A stretch of 64,000 bases of DNA from Enoplolaimus lenunculus (lineage: Eukaryota), in the NCBI GenBank assembly GCA_030248215.1, contig JASANG010001107.1:496001-560000 (forward strand), in the 5' to 3' direction. A model generated the notes under the pieces. That model was not told the DNA's origin. It was given only the letters and a program-made list of their open reading frames with translations, and did not search any database. Numbering within the stretch: the first letter of the stretch is position 1; each line of letters opens with the position of its first letter. Made by a program: the position numbers and the translations under genes. Positions 38,305 through 50,263 of this stretch are shown one piece after another.

Positions 38305-39445
38305 CACTAAATATTAACACAAAAATTTGGTTGTAATCGTGCCGCGGTTATGGAGTTCAAAGCCCAAACCATAGAAATTGGCTCCCTGAAAGTTTATGTT
38401 CTCTCAACGCGTCATCCTGCACGACAGTGAAAGTTGTCAAATATTTCATTTCAATGTCAAGACAGTAATAAACCGCAAACCACAGCTATCGAGGACGAGT
38501 TGAACAACGCTGTTGTTCGACAGAATTTACAATGCACTAAATATTGGAACATAAAAAAAAGTATTAACTCAGAGACACCGACAATGCCGCGAATCTGGTA
38601 AGACTTTTCAGAATTTATATTCACAGAAATGGCAAAATTCAAATCAATTACGATATTTTTATTTTTAAAAGAGTATTTAATGAAACATATCGAAAATGCT
38701 ATTCTACGTTGGGATATCAACAATAATCAAATCAGCAACATTCAGTGGTGGTCACACAACTTCGGACCTGAGGAGCGGCTTAAGTATTAAAATATACTAT
38801 ATTTTTACCTTTCGCGGAAGCGCTGAAATTGACCGCAAAGCAGATAAGATTTAGCGAAGTTGACCAGCGGCACATTTATAGCATACAGTTAAAAATTGGG
38901 TTCCATAACTTTTATCAGCCGCGCACCGTCAGAAATTTCTGAATCCGCCGCTGGACACACTCAAATAATTAGATAGTTTTATTTTTGCTATGTAGCTAAT
39001 CAAGCAAACACAGTATACTCACGCAGGAACTGTAAAATGTTGTTGAGCTTCGTTTTTAACACGTTTAAAATGTCAAAGACGTAAAGGTTAGTGAAAGAGC
39101 TGAATTGTTGGTTGAGGTGAGATTTTCAGGGGGCGTACCCATCTACACCTTGTACAACCGTACATCTGAAGCGTCCGAGAATGCGTCATACATTCTCAGA
39201 TAGGCAAAATACCAATTCAACATAATAAACATACCCGCTTTACTGTGAGGACGAATTGTAGAAAAAACAGCTTGACAAATAGTTAAATTATTCATAGCAA
39301 AACAGCGAGGTTGCAAACAACTACATATGTCTAAAAAAGACCTGTAAAGTTGTTACAGCTGAAAAATAACCAGTCACAACGCGGCGGTGGTGCGTAGGGT
39401 TAATGCACGAACAGAGCTGAAGTTAGGATAGCCGGACCCCCCGGC

Positions 39446-39605
39446 CGGGCCCGTAGGCAAGGGGGCCGGGGTGCTCGGCCCTTCCTGGAACAATTCTGCC
39501 TTCCCAAGAAAATTTTTAACATTGCTTATAACTCAACGAAAACCCTTGAATGCCCCTCCTAAAAAATTTTAGCCCCCCTAGCCAGGTGAGCTGTCTACGG
39601 ACCTG
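39446..39605 (+). mobile_element. hAT-like MITE, family A
   Basis: Family termini and body; TSD cccccggc/tccctggc (6/8). Confidence 0.8.
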
Positions 39606-41046
39606 TCCCTGGCAGGTCCGACGATGACCGCAATAAAATGTTTCAGAGGTCATTAACTTCGTGGACAGCGAAAAAAGTCTAGTTTGCCAAGATGGGGCCC
39701 CCAAAGATCGGGCCGCCAAACGATGGTGTTGGGGTGCGTTTGTGCCGGCACTGAAGGCGTATCTAAGGATCAAATCTCACTAACGGCGTTTCGACAAGCT
39801 GAATTTTTATCATTATTTAATACTTAAATTGCATCTTGCTTCCCGCTCACTTTGCCATGACACATAAGTTTGGCATACTGTTCAAAATGTTTCGAATCCA
39901 GAATAACATTTGAAACAGAATTAACACAAGAAAAGCAAGGCGGCGTCAAAGCGTAAGAGTAGCGGCTTTAAAATAACGACCTGGCTGCCACTATTGAAAT
40001 TTGTTCGGAGCCTTCCATTGCACTAATATGAATACTTTTTCAATCTAATACCTAAAATATGTGTCGTTCACTCAATCATTTCAACGGCAAAATATGAAAC
40101 AATTTCCGCGCTATATGCGAAGTACGCATAGTTAGCTTTCAGCCATGGTTCACTCATTCTTTATATTTATTAATTTGCACCACCGCTGATGAAGTTGTCA
40201 TTTTCTTGACCGTATATTTGTCTTCAATGCTTAACTTGAAAGGGGTATGGCGGGAGACTCGGCTAACCTCAGATATCCCCTTCGAGAAATCATAGATCGG
40301 TCGCTCGCAGGCTTGTGGCAGTAACCTAATTGTAAAAAATCCTAAAGCCTACTCTAATGATTTCTGTGATGAAAAGCGGTGCACCCACAAATTCAATGGA
40401 ATAAGCAACGAGCCTAGCGAGTGACCAGGGGCTGGGCAGCATTAAACACTTTAAGAAAACTTCATTTATGTTGTGGATAAGTCATTCGGCCAATAGGGTG
40501 AAGACCCCGATTTATAACCAAAAGTTAGTAAAAGAAAAATACGTAAATATTTCTTAAAAGTACAAATATGTTTTTGAAACTGTAAGAACACAAAAACCCT
40601 ACTACCACCGTCGCAGCTGCTGCGTTATTATTTCGGCTTCCAGGGTGGGAACGATTGATGGGCGCCTCGTATTATGTGCAACAAATGATGCCTAAAAATG
40701 TTATGCAACATTCAATTATTGACGAAAGAAATAGGCCGTTCAAAAAACCCATCGCTATTAAACTTTCAAGCAACGCCCGGCAACCATCAGAATAGCATCG
40801 CCAATCGCTGCATCTCAGAATAAAATGCAATATATACGTATGCAGTGAAAAAATGCGAATTCAAAGCATACCTTTTACATTTTGCAAAAACATTACATAT
40901 CAAAAATATAAATGCTTCAACATTGCATTTTATACTATATACGTTTTTATACGCAAGCTGTATATATTAAGGACACCATCAAGAATGATGCCCTTTTTTA
41001 AAGCTTTAGCCAACCATTTTAACAGACGTCAAAGCAGTGGCGTATT

Positions 41047-41215
41047 GAGGACCGTAGTCAGCTCGCACTTGCTATGGGGGATAAAAATTCTTTCAGGTGG
41101 AATATACATATACAATGGTTTTCGTTGACTAATACAAACAAGGTTGAATCATTTCTAGGGGGCTAAATAATTCCAGGTGAGGCTGAGCTGCCCTGCCCCC
41201 TTGGCTACGGGTCCG
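41047..41215 (-). mobile_element. hAT-like MITE, family A
   Basis: TSD ggcgtatt/ggcgtatg (7/8). Confidence 0.8.
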
Positions 41216-41544
41216 GGCGTATGCAAGAGAATTTAATGATGTATGTATTCAGATTCACTCACACCGGCCTTGTTGTCCAGAAAATTTTGCCAGGCAAATG
41301 GTTCATCAGAAGGTCGTAACGCGTTGTTAGAGAAATAGGTGAACTATATGACGAGGTAAGAACACGAACCTTAACAATTTTGCGCCTTTATCGCAATCGC
41401 TCAATTTTAAAATATTGCAAAAATTGCCAAAAATGCGCTTTAAAATATTAACATTTCGGAACACAAAAAGTATTATACAACCAAACAATCGTGGATCCTC
41501 CAACATATCAGTGCGTAATTAGTGATGCGCGGTATATCAGTTTG

Positions 41545-41722
41545 GGCCAATGTTACTTTAAGGGGCGTAACAGTAGATAAAGCGTATTCCTAGAGCCCAA
41601 GCCTAAGCCTAAGCGTTGCAAGAATGTGTCCCTAAGCCTAAGCAAAAAATGTAATCGAGAATCTAAACTTACTCTTTTATACACCCCCAGTAACCTGGAC
41701 GCCCCATAAAGTAACATTGGCG
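41545..41722 (+). mobile_element. MITE family B (GG..-ended, 8-bp TSD, possibly Merlin-type) carrying GCCTAA repeats
   Basis: 24-bp TIRs GGCCAATGTTACTTTAAGGGGCGT / ACGCCCCATAAAGTAACATTGGCG; TSD tcagtttg/tcaatttg (7/8); internal AAGCCTAAGCCTAAGC. Confidence 0.85.
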
Positions 41723-42999
41723 TCAATTTGAATGAAATAGTGTCGCATCAAACATGTTTCGTACAGTTATATAAAATTGACGGAATTCGGTTTTCAGAAA
41801 AAAACGAAACTAAAAATATTTTCTATGCATATTACTCAGCCACTGTTAGAAACTGAGTCTCATTTTACTATTTCAAGCACTAAGGAAAAGAATTTAGAGC
41901 TGTCAACACAGTTGTTTTGGTGAAACTTTGGCAGAGACTCATTACATTAGGAATATCAAATTTTGGCTCACTCATGCAAATTTGTTTACATAAATCTGTA
42001 GACTTAGACGAAACGCCGCAAAGTTGTAAGACGAAGACGGGCTAAGCTCGCTTTGAATGTCTCCGCGTGTCAAACAATCGGCGTATTCAACAGACTTCAA
42101 ATTAACCTTCTGGATCCAAAAGGTCAAAAAATATTTTCAGATAGGATGCTTATGCATCACAAACTAAAATCCTAGCTACACTTGTGCTATGTGGGTAGCA
42201 GGGTGCAATCGAAGGTTAAAAATACCGTAGCCGGACGGAGGTGGGGTATGGTTTTGCGTTTGTTTTTAAGAAATCTCGGCAATTCTTTCCCCAAAATTGC
42301 GCGAAAACTTAAAACGAAACACGCCAAACAGATAAATGTTGTAAAACTATACAAAATTTCACTACCGAAATTGCCGGAACCTCCAGCAAAAATCCTACCG
42401 GAGCCGAATTTGGAGGTCCATTTTCCGCCGGAGCCGGAGGCAGACCTCGGGTTGTAGCCTGGTGGTATAAAAGGGCCAACACACGCACCTTCGTACTGAT
42501 TTGCGCCCTTGAACTGAAATATGCTCAGAATGTGCGCGAATGTGATTCATAGTTGCTTTAAAAGTAATTAAAATGGCAATGTTTTGTTTAATCATTGAAA
42601 AAATATAAAATGAAAAGTTGCACAACGAAAAAACTATGCCAGTAATGAAAGAAAACAAACTGTATCAAATTGCACAATTGCAAAAATTTGACTTCGAATT
42701 CTATTCTCTGCGTATATGGAGCACGAGTTCAACGTACTGCAACTTTCACTATTGGGTGGTTTTTTACGTGCAAAAATATTAATATGGTGCATATTGTGCA
42801 AGATGTTGCAGTTGCTCACTACTGCAAACTGCCTCGGAACAAGTGAAAGATTTTGCTACGTATGGTATTTAATCGTAATTGGCAAACATGGTACGTGTCA
42901 GGGGCATAGTTTGAATTTTATTTTTGAAACTAATAACTTCGTTTAAAAAATTTTTTTCGAGTTTACCTCTTGAACCCGAACAGGGCAGTCTAAAATCTG

Positions 43000-43174
43000 C
43001 AAGCCCGTAGCCAAGGGGTGGCCTGGTGGGCTCAGTACACAGTCTCCCACCTTGGAAATATTTTGCCCCACCTTCTACAAAATTTTCAACCTTGCTTATG
43101 AGTCATTGAAAGCCTTGCATGCCCCTCCTGAAAAACTTTTAACCCCCAAGCAAGGTGAGCTGGCTACGGACCTG
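43000..43174 (+). mobile_element. hAT-like MITE, family A
   Basis: TSD aaaatctg/aaaacctg (7/8). Confidence 0.82.
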
Positions 43175-43800
43175 AAAACCTGGTGAAGCGCAGTTCAAAT
43201 GGTATTATTTCGCAATCAGACGATTGATTCACCAGTTATGGTCAAATAACTGACTTGGCACCATCCCAAATAGTTGGCAGCGCGTCAAGGCAAATTGTTT
43301 ATCTTTATGACAAAAAATTCTTCGGTTTATAGGTTGATCTTACCATCATAAAAGTTCAACATTAAAAAATTCAAGTTTCCTTGTAGAGGTCATGAGATGC
43401 TCAGCTCATATATGCGAAAAATATTTGAATTACCGTTTACTGCTAGTGGTCAAATAAAATTGGCAACGTACTTGAAACATCTGGTTTCGCCAAAGTAAAC
43501 GACCAAACCTAATTCACCAGATTAGTTACAGTTCATAGCAGGATTATTTTCTATAAAAAACACCGCACAATTATGCAGCCAATATGAGGCCGATCAAACC
43601 ATAAAACTTTTTTGTTTTGCGAAACTTAATCACAGAATCAATGTAACGTTAATACCATACATGAACCAATGTATCATTCACATATACACCGTGACATCCA
43701 CCATATTTTTGTACACTGCTGCCGAAAGCTAATATAATAGCTTTTGATACCATATACGCACAAGCTTACCTAAAGGCCTTGCCTAAAATGTGGTGAAAGA

Positions 43801-43965
43801 CAACCTGTAGCCGAGGATTCCCAGAGGGGCTTGGCCTCAGCCCCCTAGAAACTGTTTGCCTCACAGAAATAGCTTCAGCTTTGCTGGAAATATATCAAGG
43901 TCCCCGTATGCCCCCTCTGAAACTTTTCGTCCCCCCCTTAATCTGATAAGCTGGTTACAGGCATG
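43801..43965 (+). mobile_element. hAT-like MITE, family A (diverged)
   Basis: CAACCTGTAGCCG...AGCTGGTTACAGGCATG with the family body. Confidence 0.6.
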
Positions 43966-45505
43966 ACTAGAAGCACAAAGATCAGCCAAATATAAATAGC
44001 AGCACGCAAATACATGTGGTGCTTTTTGGGAACGGGTTGTATACACAAACACTGTAGGCATCAAGTAATAGAGAATCTGAAATTACGGTAACATCAGCAA
44101 CGATGAAAATATTAAGCAAATCCATGCTGGTGTACGACTATTGGAGGTTCGGATTCGAGGGGGTTCGTTGGGTGCCCGTGCAGAACCTCTGTTTGTATTA
44201 TCAACAAAAAATTGTCAGATATAAATTTGAAAATGCTTCTTGCTAGCGTTAATATACAAGTCTGTGCATTCAAGTTACAACCCCTTAAATTTTTGGATCG
44301 TTTTAGGTATCCACCAGTTGGCGTTTGCACAAAAGTGGTTGGATTTTGTAAATTTTTGCATATTTGAGCTTCTCACGACATGTCCTGGGTATACCACGCC
44401 CAAATTTTATTTTTTGAAAAATTTGCAGCGACAATAAAAAGTACACGTATTATGCTGTACAAAAACATTCATGGATCAGGAAGAAGTCAATCTTCTTGCT
44501 GGTTGCGCTTGCCCGCAAAACCTTTTACATGGTATTGAACACTAGACAGTAATGAAAAAAACCTTAGATACACATCTGGTTTATAGGATCAATGGATAAG
44601 GTTGATAAAACGCGCAAAAAAGTCGGTGTTCTTAAAATACCAGCTTAAATTGAACTTGATGAGACTGGTTTAAAGGTAACCACAATTATTTGGTATTCAG
44701 CAGAACACTGTTTGGCTCTTGTACTGTTCACCTGAACGCTTAAATCTTTTAGGAAAATGTATAGACATGGTTGAAGAATAGGCTTACCTATGCCTAAGTC
44801 GTTTCATAATGCTTTTCTGGGGAAAATGTACAAGAGCACATGGTTTACTGATATGAGTTCCACTTCAGTAGCATTAAAACTGGTATCAGCAAGAGACTAC
44901 GGGCCCGCTGTATTAATAATAATAAACTATAGATCAACAACTATTTTATATTGTAAAATATTGTCGGTGGTATCGTCTGGTGTCGTGTGGTACGTTTGCG
45001 TCAGCGTGACAGGTATAAACTGGCTATGAAGCTGTCCTATCTCTATGCTATTCTACTATAAACAAATGCCTTGAGGCTGATTAATTCGCCCATAGAAACT
45101 AAGAACCAAATAGCAAGAATCACTCGTTTTCTGGTTTTGAGTAAATATAAATTTCCCCAACACCGCGCTACAGGTTCGTTGAACCGGTGGTATATATCAA
45201 CATTTATGGGCGAACTGAATTGACTACATCACATCTTGTCTAGGGTCGTATGCAAGGGGAGATAAGGGTGTATTCCTTTACTTGAAATTTCGTAACGAGA
45301 CGCAAACCATATTTACATGCTTTACAACCTGAGATATTTAGGTTAAAGGAAAGCGCTTAGCTAAGCTGAGGCCTTTGCTTGAACCTAAACCATAACCTTG
45401 TGTATAAGAACCAAATTCTCATTTCCTGATTGCTTGTTCCTTACAATTTGTTTCAAACCTTTTGTTTTAAATTTTAATATTAATCCCAAACAAATTGCCT
45501 CACCT

Positions 45506-45673
45506 CAAGCCCGTAACCAGTTGACCTTGCTACGGGGGAGAGAGCTGAATATTTTTCACGACACGCTTAAAAAAGTTTTCGATGACACACAAGCAAGGTA
45601 GATAATTTTCTAGGGGCGTAAAATTTTTAAAGGGACGCTGATCAAACCCGACCGTCCTCTGGCTGCGGGACCG
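45506..45673 (-). mobile_element. hAT-like MITE, family A
   Basis: TSD cctcacct/tctcatct (6/8). Confidence 0.72.
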
Positions 45674-46039
45674 TCTCATCTGGCTCTAAATATTTGATTA
45701 TGACACAAAACGTATACGCCTTAATTAAAATAAGTCGGAAAACGACCGCTACATAACATCGTTTCAGTCAACTGGGACAAACCCTTAAGCGACAATACAG
45801 AAACATAAATATCTTTGAAAAATGTAATCTAAAAATAAACTTTGAATATTTTTAAATTAGTCAAACTAAAATATAAATATATGATGGGTTGCAGCTGGAA
45901 AGCGTATATACTCTAACGGAAACTTCGTTTTACACAATACAATTTTCAAGTTTATTCCGACGTTAAAACTTAGCGTTTGTTTGCGAATAAATAGAAAATT
46001 TTTTCAAGTTTATTAAAAACTTGAAAGAACGATATTTGA

Positions 46040-47165
46040 ACTAGAATGAAAAGTGCCCCGATGTGGTCATAGAAAACGATATGTTTCGGGTGTTGTAAGA
46101 TTTTTAGTTGAATACCGCGTGTATTACAATTTCCATGCATGCGTATAAAGTTTTAAAACTAGATTAATTTGATGCCAATCAGCGTCCTCCCGAAACATAA
46201 CACAACAATACCATAGAATTAATAAAAGTTAAATCATTCAGTTTGATTGACTGCGTAACGGAAACATATCCGCAACTTTCTATGACAGCGGCCAAATAGA
46301 CATGTTTTCGGGTCTAGCCATTTTTCAGCTGCGCTCACCACCACGTACGGTTAAATTTTGATCCACTGTTTCGAAACATTAAAATAAGAAATAAATACTA
46401 ATTTTGTGTTTTAAAAATAATATATAAACAGAAATTAACCGTAAAATGCTGATGACCCAATAATAAAAACGTGTTTGTTCGTCATTGGGTCAATGTAAAC
46501 AACAGGAACGGATCAGTATTATAAGCATATTCCTAATCCTAAGCCTAAGCGTTAGAATGAGCCTATACCTAAGCCTAAGCCTAAACGTAAGAATGAGCAT
46601 AATCTTAAGCCTAAGCTAAACAAAAAATTAGTCAAAACTTCAAGCTTATTTTATTCTAGTCCCACAGAAAAACATTCCGCCCATGATCTTTACATGGGCG
46701 GTCAATTGGAATACAACGCAGATTTCGTCAGCAAAGTTTCAAATGTTTCGTTACGTAATCACTCAAATATTTTAATGTTTTAAAAGTTTGCTGAAATCTG
46801 GGTACCGTTTAGTCATGTATGGAGAGGGCACTGTGCGGTACAAAATTTATACAGCTCCAAAACTTGATGGGTTATCGCTTTCTATAGCCTCGTGGGGACA
46901 CTTTCTATTGTGACGTTTCTCCGATAAAGTTGCGGACATGTTTTCGTTACGCAGTCAATCAAACTGAATGATTTAACTTTTATTAATTCTATAGTATTGT
47001 TGTGTTATGTTTCGGGAGGACGCTGATTGGCATCAAATTAATCTAGTTTTAAAACTTTATACGCATGCATGGAAATTGTAATACACGCGGTATTCAACTA
47101 AAAATCTTACAACACCCGAAACATATCGTTTTCTATGACCACATCGGGGCACTTTTCATTCTAGT
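46040..47165. mobile_element. Foldback element 2: 240-bp inverted repeats (46040-46279 / 46926-47165), about 3 mismatches
   Basis: ACTAGAATGAAAAGTGCCCCG...CGGGGCACTTTTCATTCTAGT; the spacer contains a nested GCCTAA-bearing MITE. Confidence 0.9.
46488..46700 (+). mobile_element. Family B-related MITE with GCCTAA repeats, nested in foldback 2; related copy starts near 62183 in MARVEL gene 2 intron 1
   Basis: GGTCAATGTAAA...TTTACATGGGCG; body AAGCATATTCCTAA(T/G)CCTAA is shared with about 62183-62300 and about 30820-30940. Confidence 0.65.
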
Positions 47166-50096
47166 GCTAATATATTCTAATTCATATAAATTGTTTGAAT
47201 TCAAATAGAAAATCAATACAATTGATAAGTACTTGCTCTAGTGAAAACTGATTTTAGGCTGCATAGTAGTGTAGAACCAAATGCAATTCCATCCCCAGTA
47301 AAAACTGCGAATCCGCAACTATAAGGTTTGCTTTGTAACTTATTCTTGTTTTCTCTTCGAAAACGAAAAACTAAGGCGGCCGGGCGTGGGCCTTAAAAAT
47401 CTGGGCCGGTTCATACTATAATGAGAGCTCGCTGTGTGCGAGCGTCACGTTTTTGAAAGATACTGCTTGCTTTGGGAACCTTATTAAATTAATGGTGTTA
47501 ATTTTGCACGTCAAAATTTCTTCAAATATTCTAAACCGAGTTTTGGACATTTCAGTGCCCAACTTGGTGCTACCAATAATACATCGAGCAGTTAATCAAA
47601 ACTGATATCTGTACTTTACGCGTAAACTTAGAGCTTAATAGTAAATCTAGGTTTAGAAAAAAACCCACGCGAAGGTAAAATCTAGGCACCTACTACGAAT
47701 TAAATAAAAAGTGTCTCTCATACCACTGGCGGATGCAGTGGGTGCCACTCCGGCCTGAACCACCACAACTTGAATCAAGAGAAAGGTTTTGCATTAAGAT
47801 TCAGCATTAAATTAGCGTTCTACTTCGCTCTCGTCTTTTTTGCAGTATTATACGTTGAGCGACCGATCGTTTTGAAATTCCTGCATCCACCACGGCGTCA
47901 CACAGATCTCGACGAGCCGAGTTCAACGGTACTATTTTCATATTTGCATGGCTAACGATTCAAGAGATGACCGAAAAAATTATTAAAACACGCACAGGTT
48001 TATAAAGAGTCTCTATCATTCACATATTCGCAAAATATAAGCTTTACTAATGTTATTCGTTGCACAAATTTGGAGGTTTGTATGTTTTATATAATAAAAT
48101 GTTAAACTTTAAGGGACCACCACTTTGAATGAAAAGTTTTGCAGCCATAAGGTTCTAGCTCGTAAATAAACAGATTTCGACAACTTGAGGTTACGTTTAC
48201 GTTTTCAAAAACGCGCCTTGGCAAAAAAATACACATAAAAAACTAGCTATGTTACTAATTTGTAATCATATATAAGCTAATGTTTTTCGTAAATTGTCCA
48301 CTTAACATGTTTCGCATATATACGTACTAAACAATAGTATTTTCGTTAAATAAATAGCTTAACGTATATGGTTGAGATAACTTATGTAGCACATAAAAAA
48401 TTGGATTGTTACAATCTACGATTCTGTAGAACACCTTGCGACAAGATTTGAATCCAAATACGAAGGCGAAACTTTGCGCTTCCGATTCTTATGAAAACGT
48501 TTACGTTTAATACTTCGACAATTTTTTCTTTAAATATAGCGCATGAACACCGGTTGCCATGATCTTGAATGACATACGTTTGTATATAAATACCACCAAA
48601 ACAGAATAGTAGAAATAATAGACTTTTGATAGAAACATGAGAGACGTTAACACTTTTGGAAGAAACATATAATAGTGACACTACCGTGTCCCTATGATAA
48701 TACTTTAACTTTTGAGAAGAGAACGTGGTTGGAAAAAATATGATGACAGAGTATTTTTAGTGGTAGAGCTGTGAAGATTTACGCAAAAACTTTGGATCAG
48801 CTGTCAAAATAAAATAATGTTGCTGATTTGGCAAATCATCACGCGGAATGGCCTGTGTTGTGTATGGGTAAAAAATCGAACATGGTGACAGGGGCGCAAC
48901 CGCAGCGGGCACCCGTTCTACGAACATCGTCTTCGTCTTCCATACCCGGATAAAATTTACCGACAGAGCATTAAAAGGATTTTAGGTATAGTAAAATTTT
49001 GGGTTCTTTTTACATCTCCCAAAACAACAGAAATCGCAGAGTTTTCAGTTCGTTTTCTGTTGTTAATATAATATAAAGAACGATCTACAACAGAATGTCT
49101 GAGTATGTAGTGTAATAAAGACAATTTTTACTTTCCATTTAAGGCATCGTATGATGCAGGATGGCGGAGCCGCCTTAAAACACTCCACAGCAAAGCGGTT
49201 CTTATACTATAACTTCGTTCAAAATATTAGTGTTCCAATAACCAGATCCATGATAACCCAATTATTAAAAATTTTTCGATGTGAGCGGAATGTTTTTGTA
49301 TTGTGTGGAAATAAAAAATGCCACATTTTGTTGGGCTTTTGTACACGTTTCCCACACATTTAAGATAAAGGTTTATGCTTAGGCTAAGGCTCAAGTCAGG
49401 TAAAGACTGTTAGGTTTATGCTTAGGCTTCATGAACCTAACCGTAAGGCCAAAAACGCAAACTTGACCCTAAACCTATGAGGGAAGTACACAAGATCGTT
49501 TTGTTATCTCCGCTGTATATCTATCTGCCACTTCTGACAATTCCTGTTTGTAGGTCTGATTGGTGATAACAGGGTTCCAATAGAAACTAGATAAATTTTA
49601 CCGGACAAGAACAGAATCAGAAACTGCAATGGAATTTAAAATGATAGCCATTACTTATTGAATTCCTAGGTTACATTTGAAAAAAACTATCAAAAACGCG
49701 GTTTCAGTGATTTTTTTATGATTTCATTAACAGATTTTACACAACTAACCAATTAGATCACAACAGACGCAATGTTGTATCAAACTCATGCCAAAATTGA
49801 GTTCCTTTGTTCACTCAGTCGTGGTATCTCTTGCAGCGATAACTTGTAATCTGAATTATTGTAGATTTGAAAATTTGACGCGAATGACTAGACTCTAGGC
49901 TAAGGATTATGTTTACGCTTAGGCATAGGACGCTGTCGCGGCAGTTCGGCGGGCGATGAATTATTGGAGATTCATCCGGTTCACCTACCAGATTAAAGTT
50001 TTATAAAAATTGTATCCTTCGATGCGCAGGTTTGGAAAAATTTAGTTCCCGGCCCATATGAACTGTCGTTAAATATGAGTATGCTGTAATATAAAA

Positions 50097-50263
50097 AAGT
50101 CTATGACAATTCCTCGCTCGGCATAAAGTATAACCTAAAGCTTAACCCTAAGCCTACGAGTAACGCTAAGAATACTTATTTTCGACAATTGTCGAGTAGA
50201 CGAAATTTGAGGATAACAAGTCGTCGATCGACGAATTGTCGTGCGGCAAATTGTCATGTTACC
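50097..50263. mobile_element. MITE family D copy
   Basis: ATGACAATT...AATTGTCATG; internal AACCCTAAGCCTA. Confidence 0.65.
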
